Positions 48,933-63,178 of a stretch of DNA of 64,000 nucleotides are shown one piece after another. The DNA lies in assembly GCF_006345805.1 (NCBI RefSeq), contig NC_043012.1, positions 3,782,001 through 3,846,000 of the forward strand. The letters are read 5' to 3'. The notes under the pieces were generated by a model, which saw only the letters and a list, made by a program, of their open reading frames with translations, did not search any database and was not told where the DNA came from. This stretch comes from Octopus sinensis (lineage: Eukaryota). Every line of letters begins with the position of its first letter. The first letter of the stretch is position 1. The position numbers and the translations under genes were made by a program.

Positions 48933-51900
48933 ATTATTATTATTATTATTATTAAAAGAGTAATGGGTTAGAAGAAGCATAAAAACTTCAAACAAAACAG
49001 CATGCAATACCTTGTCACAGCTCTTTAAATTCTGGGCTCAAATGCTACTAAGATGAATTTTGCTAGTCAAATACTGAGATCAGTTTAATCAACAATACTT
49101 TCATCCAAAGTGTGCTGTTTCTGGTCTTACAACAAACACCTTCATCCAGGCAACCTGACCTGCATCCAAACAGTATTGTACTGACCCAAATGATTACCTC
49201 TTTTCAGACAGAGCCATCTAGATCAATGAGTGATTCTCAACCATTTATTTTACCTATGGAGCCCTTTCATTACTACTTTAGCCTGGTGGAGCCCCAAAGC
49301 CATTTGATGTTTAAAAACCAGTTTTGTAGACTTTTCTTATTTTGTTTTTCACATTAATTTTTGTAGGTTCAAACTCTGTAAAACATTAAAGAAACCCAGC
49401 TGCTCCTTGTAATAAATCCATGTAAAGCAAGATTTTTTTCATAGACCCTTAAAATACTACTGTGGATCCCCAATTTACTATTTTGCTAGTGTGGATCCCC
49501 CACCCCAAAGTTTATATGGACCTCCACCTCCAAGTGCCATATGGAATTTGGTTGGGAACCACTATGCTTTCTCAGCAGTCTTTGTTGTTTTTCATGTCTC
49601 TTTTTCTGCTCATTCTTGTCATGCTCAGGGTACCACAGGCCTTACTCAGGGTACAACCTACAAACCCTCAACTTGCCACTTTCCACTCACAAACACCTCA
49701 TTCTCCACCCATTCTTGTGGCATGAATTCTGGTTTCAGTGATTTCCGACAATTTATTTTTCTTCCCCTCCCAGAACGTATGCCTGATTTTTGGTTTTTAA
49801 TTTTTGGGGGGCTTAAAATTGGTCAGCTTTGATATAAAGCAACATTCAGTAACTTCTTTTTTGAAACTGTGTGAATTTTTATTTATTGAGTTTGTTGCCC
49901 TGTCCTGCTTCCTCCCTCTCCACCACCACCACCACCACCACCACCAATAGTCATACCAATTCCACTTCAGCCGTATCACCAATTCTAAAAACTATTTGTA
50001 TTTGAATGACTTTCAAATGTTATTTCATCAACAGCCAGGAAGTGGGGAGGGACATTGGTTAGGGTGTTGGATTCATGATCGTAAGATTGTGGTTTCAACT
50101 CCTGGACCAGACAACACATTGTGTTCTTGAGCAAAACACTTCATTTCAAGTTACTCCTGTCCACCCAACTGGCAAAGATGAGTAATTCTGTGATGAAGAT
50201 GGGGAAATATATACGCTAGGAAGATGGGGGAATATATACGCTAGAGAACGACTTGGGCGGGAACTGGAACCAGGAAGGAGGGAAGTGGTAGAGTTGTTTG
50301 ACAGTCAGACAGAATGCCTTGCAATGTTCTGAAGTTCAAATCCCACTGATGTCCTATTCTGTTCTTCAGACAGAGGGAAGTATTGAGCAAAGGAGCCAGT
50401 AGCTTTCTCTCGTTAAAGAATTGACCTGCAACCAGAACTGTCAAAGTATGGACTGCTGTGCAGTACTGTATAGAATGGACTTAAAGAAAAAAAAAGACAT
50501 ACAACCAACCCCCTTTTTGAGTCAAATAGTACCATAGATACCTTGGTGCCTGCATAACACACACCTATATATATACACACACATATATATATACACATAT
50601 ATATATTATATATACACATATATATATATATATACACATATATATATATATATATACACAATATATATACACAATATATACACATATATATATACACATA
50701 TATATATATATATACACATATATACACATATATATATATATAACACATATATATTATATATACACATATATATTATATATACACATATATATATATACAC
50801 ATATATATATATACACCCATATATATATACACACACATATATATATACACATATATATATATATACACACATATATATATACACACATATATATACATAC
50901 ATATATACACACATATATACATATATACACACATATATATATATATATACACATATATATATATATATATACATATATACACATATATATATACACACTC
51001 TATCCCTTGCCCTTCCTCTTTCTACCTCTCACTGAATCCTTCTGTCTCACTCTCTCCCTCACTGCTGTGTAGTAGAGGTTTATAAATACAAATGTCAGCT
51101 AAGCACTTTCTTTTGCTGTTTTTTTTTGTTTGTTTTTCTAACACATATATACATATATATATATATACAACACTCTATCCCTTTTGTTGTTTTCTTTGTC
51201 ATTAATCAATGTTACATTTGTTTTTCTTCCACCACCCCCAACCCCACCCCTATTATTATCTTTATAATCTAACTCCCCCCCCTTCCCACCATCACCCAGA
51301 TATACCAAAATTAAAGAATGTTGGCTCATTTTGCTTTAAATAATAACACATCTTAAACACAAACAAACATTTTTCAAAATTTTGATATTTTAAAAAATTA
51401 AAAATCAAGATGCATATAACATTTATTCTACACTTTCTTGCTGAAATAAACATTTTTTTATATAAAATTTAGTTTTGTTTGTGAATCTCACTCAATAACT
51501 TACCTTCTTTCTCCGTTTTCATTCAAGAAATTTTGGTCACCAGAAATATCAACCAATGTCTTTCACTATAGCTATTTTCAGTCTCAAAGGCATCTTTATC
51601 CATTTCTTTTCTTCCTTTTTTCATCAAAGAAATTTAAAAAGAAATAAAGAATTCTTTAACAAACTCATTTCTTGAAAAATTCTTTTAAAAAAAAAATTCA
51701 TGAATTTTTAATTTTTCATCTCTTAGAATTACTTAATTTCTTTGAAAAATTTCTCATGTCTTCAAAATTTATTTATTTATTTTTTTCAAGAATTCTTAAT
51801 TTGTTTTCAAAAGTTCTTCGTTTCAATTTTGAAAATTTATGTTACCTCAAAAACATTCCTTTAAAAAAGAATTCTTTGTTTCTTTGAAAAATTTCCTCCA

Positions 51901-53086
51901 ATTTATTCCTCTGTAAATGCAAATTTTCTAACGTAAAAACACGATTTCCCGTGACCATTGCCAGTACCGCTTGACTGGCCCTCGTGCTGGTGGCATGTAA
52001 AAGCACCGACTACACTCTCGGAGTGGTTGGCATTAGGAAGGGCATCCAGCTGTAGAAACTCTGCCAAATCAAGATTGGAGCCTGGTGCAGCCATCTGGTT
52101 TGCCAATCCTCAGCCAAATCGTCCAACCCATGCTAGCATGGAAAGCGGATGTTAAATGATGATGATGATGAGCAGATAAATTTTTAAACCAGAATAGACT
52201 GAAACATTGAAAAGTAACAAAAAAAAAAAAAAAACCCACAAACAAATCAAAATTAATAATTACTGTTATTCTTTAATTAGCATAATCTCTTCCATCACAA
52301 ACATCCAGTTCTCTTCATGAAATAAATTAATCTTATCTGAGTCTAAGATCATTTCATTTAATTAAGATAATTAATAACTAAGAAAAAATATAGATTTACA
52401 ATTATCTTGTTTAATTTTCCCTATAGAAAAATTTGAAATTAAATTTAAAAGATAATTATTGCTATTATCATTACTGTTGCTAATATAAATATCACAGCTG
52501 ACGATGACAATTAGCTACAACATTGTACTTGCCTTGGCTTACTTTAGGCCCTCCTGATCGAATTGCGAGGATTCTGTTGTGATATTTTAAGACCTGACAG
52601 TCCATACCTCTCCAGGTCTGACTACAGTTGATTTCTTTTAGAAAGAGAGATGCACTGACAGGTAGAAAGGAAGAGAGAGTGAAAGAAAATAAAACCGATT
52701 AGACCCCCTCCCTACAAATATCAGGTCTTATTCCTATAACAGAAATGATTATTATTATTATGACCAGCATAAAACCATCATAGGGATGGTATTTCTGCTA
52801 ATAATAATAATAATAATAATCCTTTCTAGCCCAGACTGGCTCAGCCAGTCTGAGTTAGAAAGCCATTCAATCTAACTAACCCGGCCACTCCAGGAGCTGC
52901 TTTTATGCATGTTTTAAGAACTCCACCAGGCTAATGTTGTTAATAATGAACTTATTGTATACAGTGCTCAGGTGCACTTCTAGTTTCAATCTATAAATTG
53001 GTTTATGAAGCAGTTGTGTTTTCAAGTTTTCTCAAGAAAATGTCTCATTGAACTTAAAAAAAAACAAAAACTTTTATATATATATG

Positions 53087-53120
<34 letters not shown>

Positions 53121-54460
53121 TACATACATAGAGAGATTGGGAAAGTCAATCTTGCATACCTCTACTTGAACAAAAGCCAACTTTTAATGCATGCTGTTCC
53201 TCGACGCTTGTCTATGTGCCAAATCTGTAGCTAACTTTCTCCAAGACACCCTCTTCACTTAAGGCTCTTTCAATAAAGCTGATCTTTTTTTTTTCCTCAT
53301 ATTTAAATATTTTACTACTAGGCTGGACTACTTTCATTTATTCAACATTACTAATTCTTTTGGAGAAAGCATGAACACCACCGAATCACACAGCAAACAC
53401 AGTGCACAAAATATTGGAAGAGATCTGGATTAAATGCCTTATGGTGTTTCATGTGTCTGTTTCCAGTTCAAAACTCTATGAAGTAAACTCAACCCCTTAA
53501 TCTTGTAAGGATTTCTAGAACAAGAGCTGATAATATATTGTACCAAAGCTACCAAATATTCACTTTTGTTTCACTAGAAAGGACAAGAAAAAAACAGCTC
53601 CATATGTAGAGAAACTAGTTAAAGGAAGAAACAGTACATTGGGATATTCATGTCTTTGCCAGTGATAGTAGCAATGTATACTGAGGCAGAAAATTTTCAT
53701 TTAGGAATTAAAACTGAATTATATTTTCAGCTGACTGAGAGACTCCATACCACCACCACAACTGCAATTTACTAATATTGACTGTTTACTCTTTTACTTG
53801 TTTCAGTCATTTGACTGTGGCCATGCTGAAACACCGCCTTTAATCGAGCAAATTGACCCCAGGACTTATTCTTTGTAAGCCTTGTACTTATTCTATTGGT
53901 CTTTTGCCGAACCACTAAGTGACGGAGACATAAACACACCAGCATCGGTTGTCAAGCAATGCTAGGGGGACAAACACAGACACACAAACATACACACACA
54001 CATATATATATACATATATACGACAGGCTTCTTTCAGTTTCTGTCTACCAAATCCACTCACAAGGCTTTGGTCGGCCCGAGGCTAAAGTAGAAGACACTT
54101 GCCCAAGATGCCACGCAATGGGACTGAACCCAGAACCATGTGGTTGGTAAGCAAGCTACTTACCACACAGCCACTCCTACGGCTGTTGTAGTGGGGTGTA
54201 TTTTTTTTTCTTCATTTATTTTGCAGAAGAATGGCAGTGTTTATGACTTTTTTATGGGGTGTTTATTAATGGTAGCAGGAAGGAGTAATATTATCCTCAG
54301 ACCAAAGACCTGGCCTGATAGCTTGCAACAGAGTTTAGTCTGTAATAAAGGTATCTAAGGGTCAGGCAGCACAATTTAACTGAATGACAGACTTCCTACG
54401 GTACACTTCCTATGTATTTTATTTTGAGTAAATAAAAAAAATATGATGCTAAAAAATTAT

Positions 54461-54560
54461 TGCTTTGGCAATACATATACTAGAATTGGAACAATACAGA
54501 GAAGATTAGCATTGTCCCTGCGCAAGGATGACACGCAAATTCGTGAAGCGTTCCATATTT
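54461..54560 (+). pseudogene. U6: U6 snRNA retrocopy, fused to a retroposon tail
   Basis: Near full-length U6 with ACAGAGA box, AGC triad and intact 3' half. About 7 substitutions, first 5 nt missing, no evident upstream promoter. Confidence 0.92.
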
Positions 54561-54793
54561 CAATGGCAGTGCATCAGCATGGCTGCAGCTCTGAGCTGAA
54601 ACTACAGAAAAGAAAAAAAAATGTCAATATTCTTCCCAGTGGCATTAATGGTGCGACTGAAATGATGTGATGGCTTTCAACACAGTCTGATACCATGTTA
54701 AAGAGTTTCCAGGAGTTTATTCTTGTATTCTTTTACTTGTTTCAGTCATTTTAAATGTGGCCATGCTAGAGCACTGCCTTTTAAAATGTAAGT

Positions 54794-54865
54794 CACCCCT
54801 GCAGGGAATCAAACCCTGGTCTCCTGCATGACAGACGGGGACACTTACCACTATACTACCACGGT
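54794..54865 (-). pseudogene. tRNA-Asp(GTC)-derived sequence, fused to a retroposon tail
   Basis: TAGTATAGTGGTAAGTGTCCCCGTCTGTCATGCAGGAGACCAGGGTTTGATTCCC aligns to metazoan tRNA-Asp. CpG decay and a broken acceptor stem. Confidence 0.85.
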
Positions 54866-55901
54866 GATAAATTCCTGAAAGTTATTAATTAGATTATGAG
54901 TATGATCGTTACCAGCGTCACCTTACTGGCACTTATGCCTGTGCTAGTAGGGTGCCAAGAACACATCTGAGCGTGATCGTTGCCAGAGCAGCCAACTGGC
55001 TTCTGTACCCGTGGCACCATTCGAGCGTGATTGTTACCAACGTCACTTCACTGGCACGTGTAAAAAGATTCGAGTGAGGTGATTGCCAGTACCGCCTGAC
55101 TGGCCCCCATGCCGGTGGCACATAAAAAGCACCCACTACACTCTCGGAGTGGTTGGCGTTAGGAAGGGCATCCAGCCGTAGAAACTCTGCCAGATCAAGA
55201 CTGGAGCCTGGTGCAGCCATCTGGTTCGCCAGCCCTCAGTCAAAATCGTCCAACCCAAGCTAGCATGGAAAACAGATGTTAAACGATGATGATGATGATG
55301 AAACCAAACAAATTTGTGAACCAGTACACTTCACAAGTATTTTCTTTTCTAATGGCTCTGCAGCCATGGTTGTTGCAGGGTTTCTAAGATTGGCAAAATG
55401 AACAACAATTAATTGTTTTAAGTCAGTAGTTTTTTATCTTTTATCATTTACTTGTTTCAGCCATTGGACAGTGGCCATGCTGGAGCTTTATCTTAAAGGG
55501 TTTAGTTGAATAAATTGACCCCACTCCTTAAGTCTGGAGTTTATTCAGTTGCTTCTTGTTGCCAAACTGCTATGTTATGAGGCCATAATGAAATCAACAG
55601 AGGCTGTCAAACATGGGTGGGGTGGGACATTCACACACACACACACATGACAGGCTTTCTGTCTGCCTGATTAACTCACAAAGCATTGGTTTGCCCAGGG
55701 CTATAGTAGAAGATACTCATTCAAGGTGCCATGCTGTGGAAGTGAACCTGAGCCCATGTAGTTGCCAAAGCCAGCTTCTTAATCACACAGCCATACCTGC
55801 AGGAAGAAAAAAAACACATGCAGGTAGAACATGCTCTGAATAAGGAGGATGATTGTATTCAGTGGTTAATCTGAGCCTTAGGAGATGAAGGTAGGTGAGC
55901 T

Positions 55902-56125
55902 ATCATCATCATCATTGTTCAACCGTGGTCGAGACAATGGAATTTACCATGCTACGCCAGACTTCACGGTCCATCATGGCATCCTGTTGCTGGATGCCTG
56001 TATCCCTGGAGATTACATCAGGGTAGGAGAGTGTGTGCCCTCTGGTATTGCGAGTAGATGGCTTCCAGAGGAGAAGAGTAGAAATTACCTCGTTTTCAGC
56101 TCTACAACAATGTCCAGCAAACTGG
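55902..56125 (-). mobile_element. RTE-type LINE 3' end; second copy 59936-60160 (-)
   Basis: FAGHCCR...LLLWKP...MMDREVWR then stop and (GAT)n. Confidence 0.75.
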
Positions 56126-56611
56126 ACTCTCTTACCTTTCACAGGTGAGCTAAGAACAGGATGGCTGTATGGCAAGAAGCTTGCTTCCCAACCACATGCT
56201 TCTAGATTCAGTCCCATTGTGTGGAACCATGGGCAAGCATCTTCTACAATAGCCTTGGGCCAACCAGCGCCTTGTGAGTGGATCTCATAGATGGAAACTG
56301 AATGCATATATATAATGGACTCTCCTGTTGTTAGATGATGTATGAGGGTTTGGCAATTGCTTGCCAAACAGCCACACAGAGGATTTGTTTAAAGTGATCA
56401 AGTGCTGGCGTTGCACATAAGCTCACTCCTACCATCAAATTGACATTACCTGTACAGGTGCACCATGTGCTATATGTCAGATAATGAAATGACCGCAGAG
56501 CAACATGAAATGAAGTGCTTTGCTCAAGATACAATGCAACGCCCGGTCTGAGAATCGAACCCACAATCTTGCAATTGAGAGTGCAACACCCTAACCACTA
56601 AGCCATGCACC

Positions 56612-56707
<96 letters not shown>

Positions 56708-58084
56708 GAGGATATGTTAACCTCATGAAGGGATGGTTTCATCCAAGGAAATACTGGTTCAATACCTAGTATTTTGGGGGAATGAATTTCCTTAAACAAG
56801 AGGTAATATGTAAAGCATATAGTTTATATCCATTTAAAAGAAAAAAGAAACTGGAGATAAGGAATTCATTTTTAACAACAAATTTGTTGTCAATAATAAA
56901 CAACTTCCTAATCTCTTGTTGCCATGATTGATTGCTAACTCCACAGTTTATTCCTTTCTGTTAAAGAGCATTGGCTCGAAACATAAAAAAGTTTCTCACC
57001 TTCCTGAATGCCAAACTATTATTACACCTGCTTGTTGTTTATATACACCTGTCTTCGTCTTTTGCTTTTCTGTAAATTTCAACTATATATATAATATATA
57101 ATATAATATATATATATATATATATATAGTTGAAATTTACAGAAAAGCATAATATATGTAGGTATGTATATATATGTATAATTTATCTAGATATGTGTAA
57201 GCTTTTGTGTCTATTCTCCACAACTACTTGATAACCAGTGTTGGTGTGTTTACGTCCCCATGACGTAATGGTTTGGCAAAAGAAACCAATAGAATAAACT
57301 ACTAGGTTTTTAAAAAAGTGTACTTCAAAGTGGTGTCCCAGCATGACCACTGTTTAATGACTGAATTTGCGCAGATCAGATTGCATAAAGTGTGTCTGCA
57401 TATCTTCTAAATTATATCTGCGGGGTGGGGGGGGGGGCTATGGAGTGCTCAGCACCCCCGAATCTCAGCCCCTCCACTCTTAGTTTGGTTTATTTTCCAC
57501 TTTTGGATGATAAAACGCCAAAAAATTAGCAGTATCTGAAGTCGCTAAAGATGCAATAAATTGAATTTCTTTTGATTTAGTAAGTGATATGAAAATGTGG
57601 GTAATTTAATTTAGAGCTGGTCAAAGTGTTTGGTGTTCGTGGTGGCGACGACGGTGCTGGTGATTGTCCTTGTTGATGTTGAAAAGTAACTGAAGAATTG
57701 TTGCTGATTTATGGTAATAAACGCATCACTACACACGTACATATAAGAACAAAGATGGACATTAAAACGTCATTTCATTTCTTACTAGTCAGAGAGGATT
57801 TATTATTCGCGAAAAAGGAAAAGTTTTGAAATTTCCCAAAATATACATTCAGAAAGTATTTTTCAGGTGTGAACTTTCACTGAATAATTTTTCTTACTCT
57901 TTGAACAAAGTTTATAATGAAATTATTTTGTGTTTAACTAAAAAAGCATAACTTTGAAGAAATTGAAAAACAAAATTGTTTGAACCGAAATCTCTTTCGA
58001 GTTTAATTTAAAAATACATACATTTTAAGAAATTGTTACTCTTACCTTAGAATTAATTATTGCAAATATCGGTGCCCAAAAATA

Positions 58085-59090
58085 ATGAATCACAGCCGAA
58101 AAAGAAAACTGAAGCAATCATTGCTGAATTTCCAATCCGAAGAGAATTGCAAACGAAGTTTTACAGCTCAAGGGAGGTCTTGCAAAGTCTTTGCCACCCT
58201 CATTGGATGATCTAGGACAGGTCGACGACTGCCAACCAATGCAGCCAGTTCTAGCAAAATTTGATCCAAAACTTTATGGAAATCAGAGACATGACTTCTC
58301 GTCAAGCTGGTATACTGGTCGTTTATGGTTAGAGTATTCTCTTTCAAAGAAAGCCTTATTTTGTTTTGTTTGTCGGCACTTTGGTACTATTTAAGAGTGG
58401 TCACGGTGCGTGCACTCGCTAGCTAGTCGTGACTAGTCGATCTTACGACTTCCTAGCGCGAGTGCGCGTATGCAAATTAATCGATGGGTTTTTTTTTACC
58501 AAAATAAATAATTTTTTACACAAAGTAAATAATTTTTTTTAAACAAAGTAAATAAATTATTTTTTCTAAACAAACTAAATAAAATTTTTGTCTAAACAAC
58601 GTAAATAAATTTGGAGTGCGTACAATGGGATTATTGAAATAGATGTGATACCAAAATACACCCATTTCAAGGGGAACCATTCCGGAAATTTTGTCGATCC
58701 TATAACAAATGTTCATAAAAAATTCGGTTGAAAGTTATTAGAAGAACGTAAAACGACATTTTTAGAGAATGATGGGGGTACCAAAAACAGATAGCGTATT
58801 ATCTTTATTTAATTTGTTTAAAAAAATTATTTACTTTGTGTTTTATTTTGTTTAAAAAATTCTTTATTTTGTGTTTTGGATTTTTATTCGGAAGATGATA
58901 CCGTAGCCTTGCGGTCCTTTTATGAAATTATTCCAGTACACTTTAGAGAAAGACTCAAAGCTAAAGGAATGTTACAGCATAATTCCAAAAAATGCGACCT
59001 ACACCTCAGCAGCAATGCAAAACGAAATCATCGAATTGTTGAGAAGACACACTCTCAGCCTCGTGGTCAATGTTTATTGGAAATTATATA
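58085..59090 (+). pseudogene. hAT transposase relic (TTF-type zinc finger + DUF4371-like), interrupted at about 58394-58880
   Basis: DFSSSWYTGRLWLEYSLSKKALFCFVCRHFG and KNATYTSAAMQNEIIELL. Confidence 0.8.
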
Positions 59091-60695
59091 AAAATAGTGT
59101 CTAAAGATTTGGCTGTTATCTCTAGCATGTAGAAAGACATTTTATGCTTAACTGTGTGCTTGTTGAAAATCATTAAAAAAAATATTGGAGTCGATACATT
59201 CGACTAAAATTTCTTTGAAGTGATGCCCCAGCATGGCCTCAGTTTAATGATTGCAACAAGTAAAATGAAAATAAAAACGAAATATGTCAGATTTGACCAG
59301 GTTAGGCGTCAAGAAGTGTGAAAAAAAAAAACGGAAAACATAACCGAAAAATATAAACATGTGGCTTTTGTCCACTTTCACACTTTTGGAAAGTAGGAGC
59401 TTTTGTCCGTACCCCTGTCCAGCACCCCAGTTGCAATAGGCTCGTGCTACATATCTTAGCTATATTCCTTATTCAGAAGCGAACAGAAAGCTATTCTGGC
59501 AGGTTTGGATCAAACCCCAGCTCAATTATATTGCACATTAGTAGTGCTAGAGTTGTCTCCCTTAGCTGGAATTAGCTCCCTTGACATATACAAGGTTTGT
59601 TAGTCGTGTCTCTCAAGACGACCCGATTAGCATTTTAAGTCGGGGCACGTAGCAACCGAGTCAGAACCCGGTGGCACTCTTGCTTTCCCAGCAGTCCTCT
59701 TCTCTGCAGTTTGTAGCTAGGATATTGAAGTTAATTCCATCTGTGCTACACCCCCCCCTTTCATATAAGTACAGACGAAACCCAACATTTTACATCTAAT
59801 TATGGTCATGCAGAGTAAAGAGAGTTTAAACGCTCATTTTTGAGTGCAGGTATGGCTGAGATGTTTAAGAAGTTTACTTCTCATTTATATGATTTCAATT
59901 TACCTGTGCATCAGCCATACCCAAGCGCCTGCAACCATCATCATCATCATTGTTCGACCGTGGTCGAGACAATGGAATTTACTATGTTACGCCAGACTTC
60001 ACGGTCCATCATAGCACTACGGAGGTCCTGTTGCTGGATGCCTGTATCCCTGGAGATTACATCAGGGTAGGAGAGTGTGCGCCCTCTGGTATCGCAAACA
60101 GATGGCTTCCTGAGGAGAAGAGTAGAAATTACCTCGTTTTCAGCTCTACATCAATGTCCGCAGCCATAGACTTGGTCCTTATCAGTTAAATTTGGTTAAT
60201 GGAAACAAGTGTAGAAATCTGTCAGAGAGGCCGTTTCTATTTCTGGTCGTCTTTGCCTATTTCTCAGATTAACATCACTTTCTAGAATATTAATTCTGTT
60301 GTAAGCCATCAGGATGGGTCTTCAAGCATTTGATAACTTCCTCCCACCAGGGACGGAGGTCATAAAAACAGCCATGATCTCCGACTAAGTAAATAATTAA
60401 CAAAACAGATGTCTTTTAAAAATATATTAGCATTATCAATGTTTCGGATAATGTAAGCAAAGCAAATTGAACAGATATCATCTTTAAAGCTAGATAAGGA
60501 AGGCAATGATTAGGCCTCCTCAGTGATACATTCTACTACTTAAACAAGACTAATAGTGATCAATCAATCAGTTCGTTAAAATACACACACACACACACAT
60601 TATATGCAGGCTGTCCTGATTTTACATGGGGAGGCATTCTAAGCATAAAAAGAAATAACTTTTTCTATAAAATCCTGTTAACATAGGTTTTACTA

Positions 60696-61219
60696 TCAGG
60701 GTGAGTCGAAAAGTAATGCCATTTTGTTCAGGACAGGTATAATTACCAACACAGGAACATTTATCACATATCAAAATGAAGCTGGTCTTTTGTGGATCAC
60801 ATCCCTACTTCTCAACAACACAGTCACCATTTCTCTCAATAGCAATGTTCCACCTTCGAATGAGAGCATGTATCCCTGCCCCGTAAAATTCTGTTGACTA
60901 TTCTCTGAGTTACTTCTTCACTACAGTTTTCACTTCCTTGTCATTGGACTATCATCTCTTCAGCCCCATGAAAGAGGGTTTGAGAGGCAAACATTTTTCC
61001 AGAGACGAGGAAGTGAAAACTGTAGTGAAGAAATGGCTCAAAGAACAGTCAACAGAATTTTATGGGCCAGGGATACATACTCCCATTCGAAGGTGGAACA
61101 TTGCTATTGAGAGAAACAGTGACTATGTTGGGAAGTAAGGATGTGATCCATGGAGGACCAGCTTCATTTTAATGTATGATACATGTTCTTGTGTTAGTAA
61201 TTATACCTGTCCTAAACAA
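60696..61219. mobile_element. Mariner-derived foldback element
   Basis: + frame DYHLFSPMKEGLRGKHF..DEEVK...RW..AIE..SDYV is a mariner C-terminus. Arms 60724-60942 and 61004-61219 are inverted copies. Confidence 0.85.
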
Positions 61220-62384
61220 CTCACCGCTTCGTGCCTCGTCGCTAACACATGGACACACACTCGTGGTCTTTTTTCCTGGCCGACTACTACTCAGACTTAC
61301 TCCCCGCCGATCGACCGGCCGCACTCGTGCTCGATATTGCTGCCGACGACCGAGAACTCGTCGCTTCGTGCCTCATCGTTAACACACAGACATTCATTAA
61401 TTTCTTCTTGTTTGATATGGCTATTTATTTTTTTTATTATTCACAATAACTTTATTTTAAAACAATACTAAGTAAATACTATTAATTAGTAAGGAAACAA
61501 ACTTCTTATAATAATTATATTAAATTCTGGCATATTACTGGGAGTAACTAAATAGCACATCTAATTAGTAAATGAATAAACAAACATTTCACTAATTATT
61601 GTCTGTGACTTGTAACTAGTTTTACGTTAAAATAAAGGATAATGTACAAATTCTTCCCAAAGAATGTAAACAAACCAAACACAAATGCTCACCTTGATTG
61701 ATTGAAAATGCTCATCAATGATCGATTGAAATCTCAGCAGTGGTGTAGTGATAAAAATATGAAGGTTTTGGTCAAATTTGAAACTGGCATTATTTTCAAA
61801 CAACATAAAAATTAAGGCCATTTGTATTGATTAGTTGAAATAGCACTGGTGATACAGTAGTGAAAATACGAATATCTACAATAAATTTCAAATAGGCATT
61901 GCTCTCACGTGGTATAAAATCAGAGTAGCCTATACACACACACACATATGTATGTATGTATATATATATACACACATACGCATATGATAACAGTGATGAT
62001 GATATAGGCTGTGTTGTTAAGAAGCTTGTTTCTTGGGTTCAGTCCAATTTGCATAACACCTTAGGCAAGTGTCTTCTACTGTAACCCCATGTTGATCAAA
62101 GCCTTGGGAGTGGATTTGATAGATAGAAACTGAAACACACCATTGTATGTGTGTGTGCTCTTGTCTTAATATCACGTGATGGTTGTAAATGAGCATCAGC
62201 ATCATACAAGTATTATTATGTGTTTTGCAAGTTCCATGGAAAACATGTTTGGTCACAGGAAATATTACTTTGCCTGGAAACAGGTGTGGGTTGCAGACAG
62301 GAAGGGCATCCAGCTGTAGAAAGTCTGCCTCAACAAATTCTATCTGATCCAGCAAATGTGAATGTTAAATAATGATAATGATGA

Positions 62385-62427
<43 letters not shown>

Positions 62428-63135
62428 CACACACCATTGCTGTATCAACCAGCTTTTGAATGATTCCTTCCCACTGCCTGGGTGGGCAGGCCAACATTAC
62501 ACCTACACTCCAGTCCATCGCAGGGTTATCCATTTATGGCTGGGCAGGCTGGAGCAATGTGAAAGGAAGTGTTTTGCTCAAGAACACTATGCACTGCTGG
62601 TCTGGGAACTGAAACTACAATCTTGGGATCTAGAGTGCAACATCCTAACCACAAGGCTTTTATACCTTCACACACAGATAAGCTGAAAATTTAATATCTA
62701 TTGAGTAGCTGGTGACTTTTAAACTTCTTTTGTCTCGATGTGTATGAACCAAAGAAGCCATTTCAGATGAACTATAAAAAAAAAAACATGGATGGGGGGG
62801 GGAGTGAGACAGGAGGAAATGCCATGTTAAATGGAAGACATCACAAAGATTTCAACATAAGAAACAATAAACCACAACAGTTTGAATCTCAACGGAAAGT
62901 GTTTAAGATTTTCAAAAGGAAATTAAAAAAAATATAAATTCACCAATTCATGCAAAACAAAAATAATTTATTCTCTCAATGCCATGGAACGTAGATGTTT
63001 GACCAATCTACATAGAAAAAGAATAGAATGATTGTACAGTTTTGTTTTTGGTGGTTTTAATATTTTTATTTAATTTATTTGTGTCCATTATCTCAGTCCA
63101 AATTACGTTGATCTGAAAAGAGAGAGGAGAGAGGA

Positions 63136-63178
<43 letters not shown>

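Noticed and set aside
51640-51925. AT-rich ORF with AAGAATTCTT-like repeats
   Set aside because: Low-complexity sequence.
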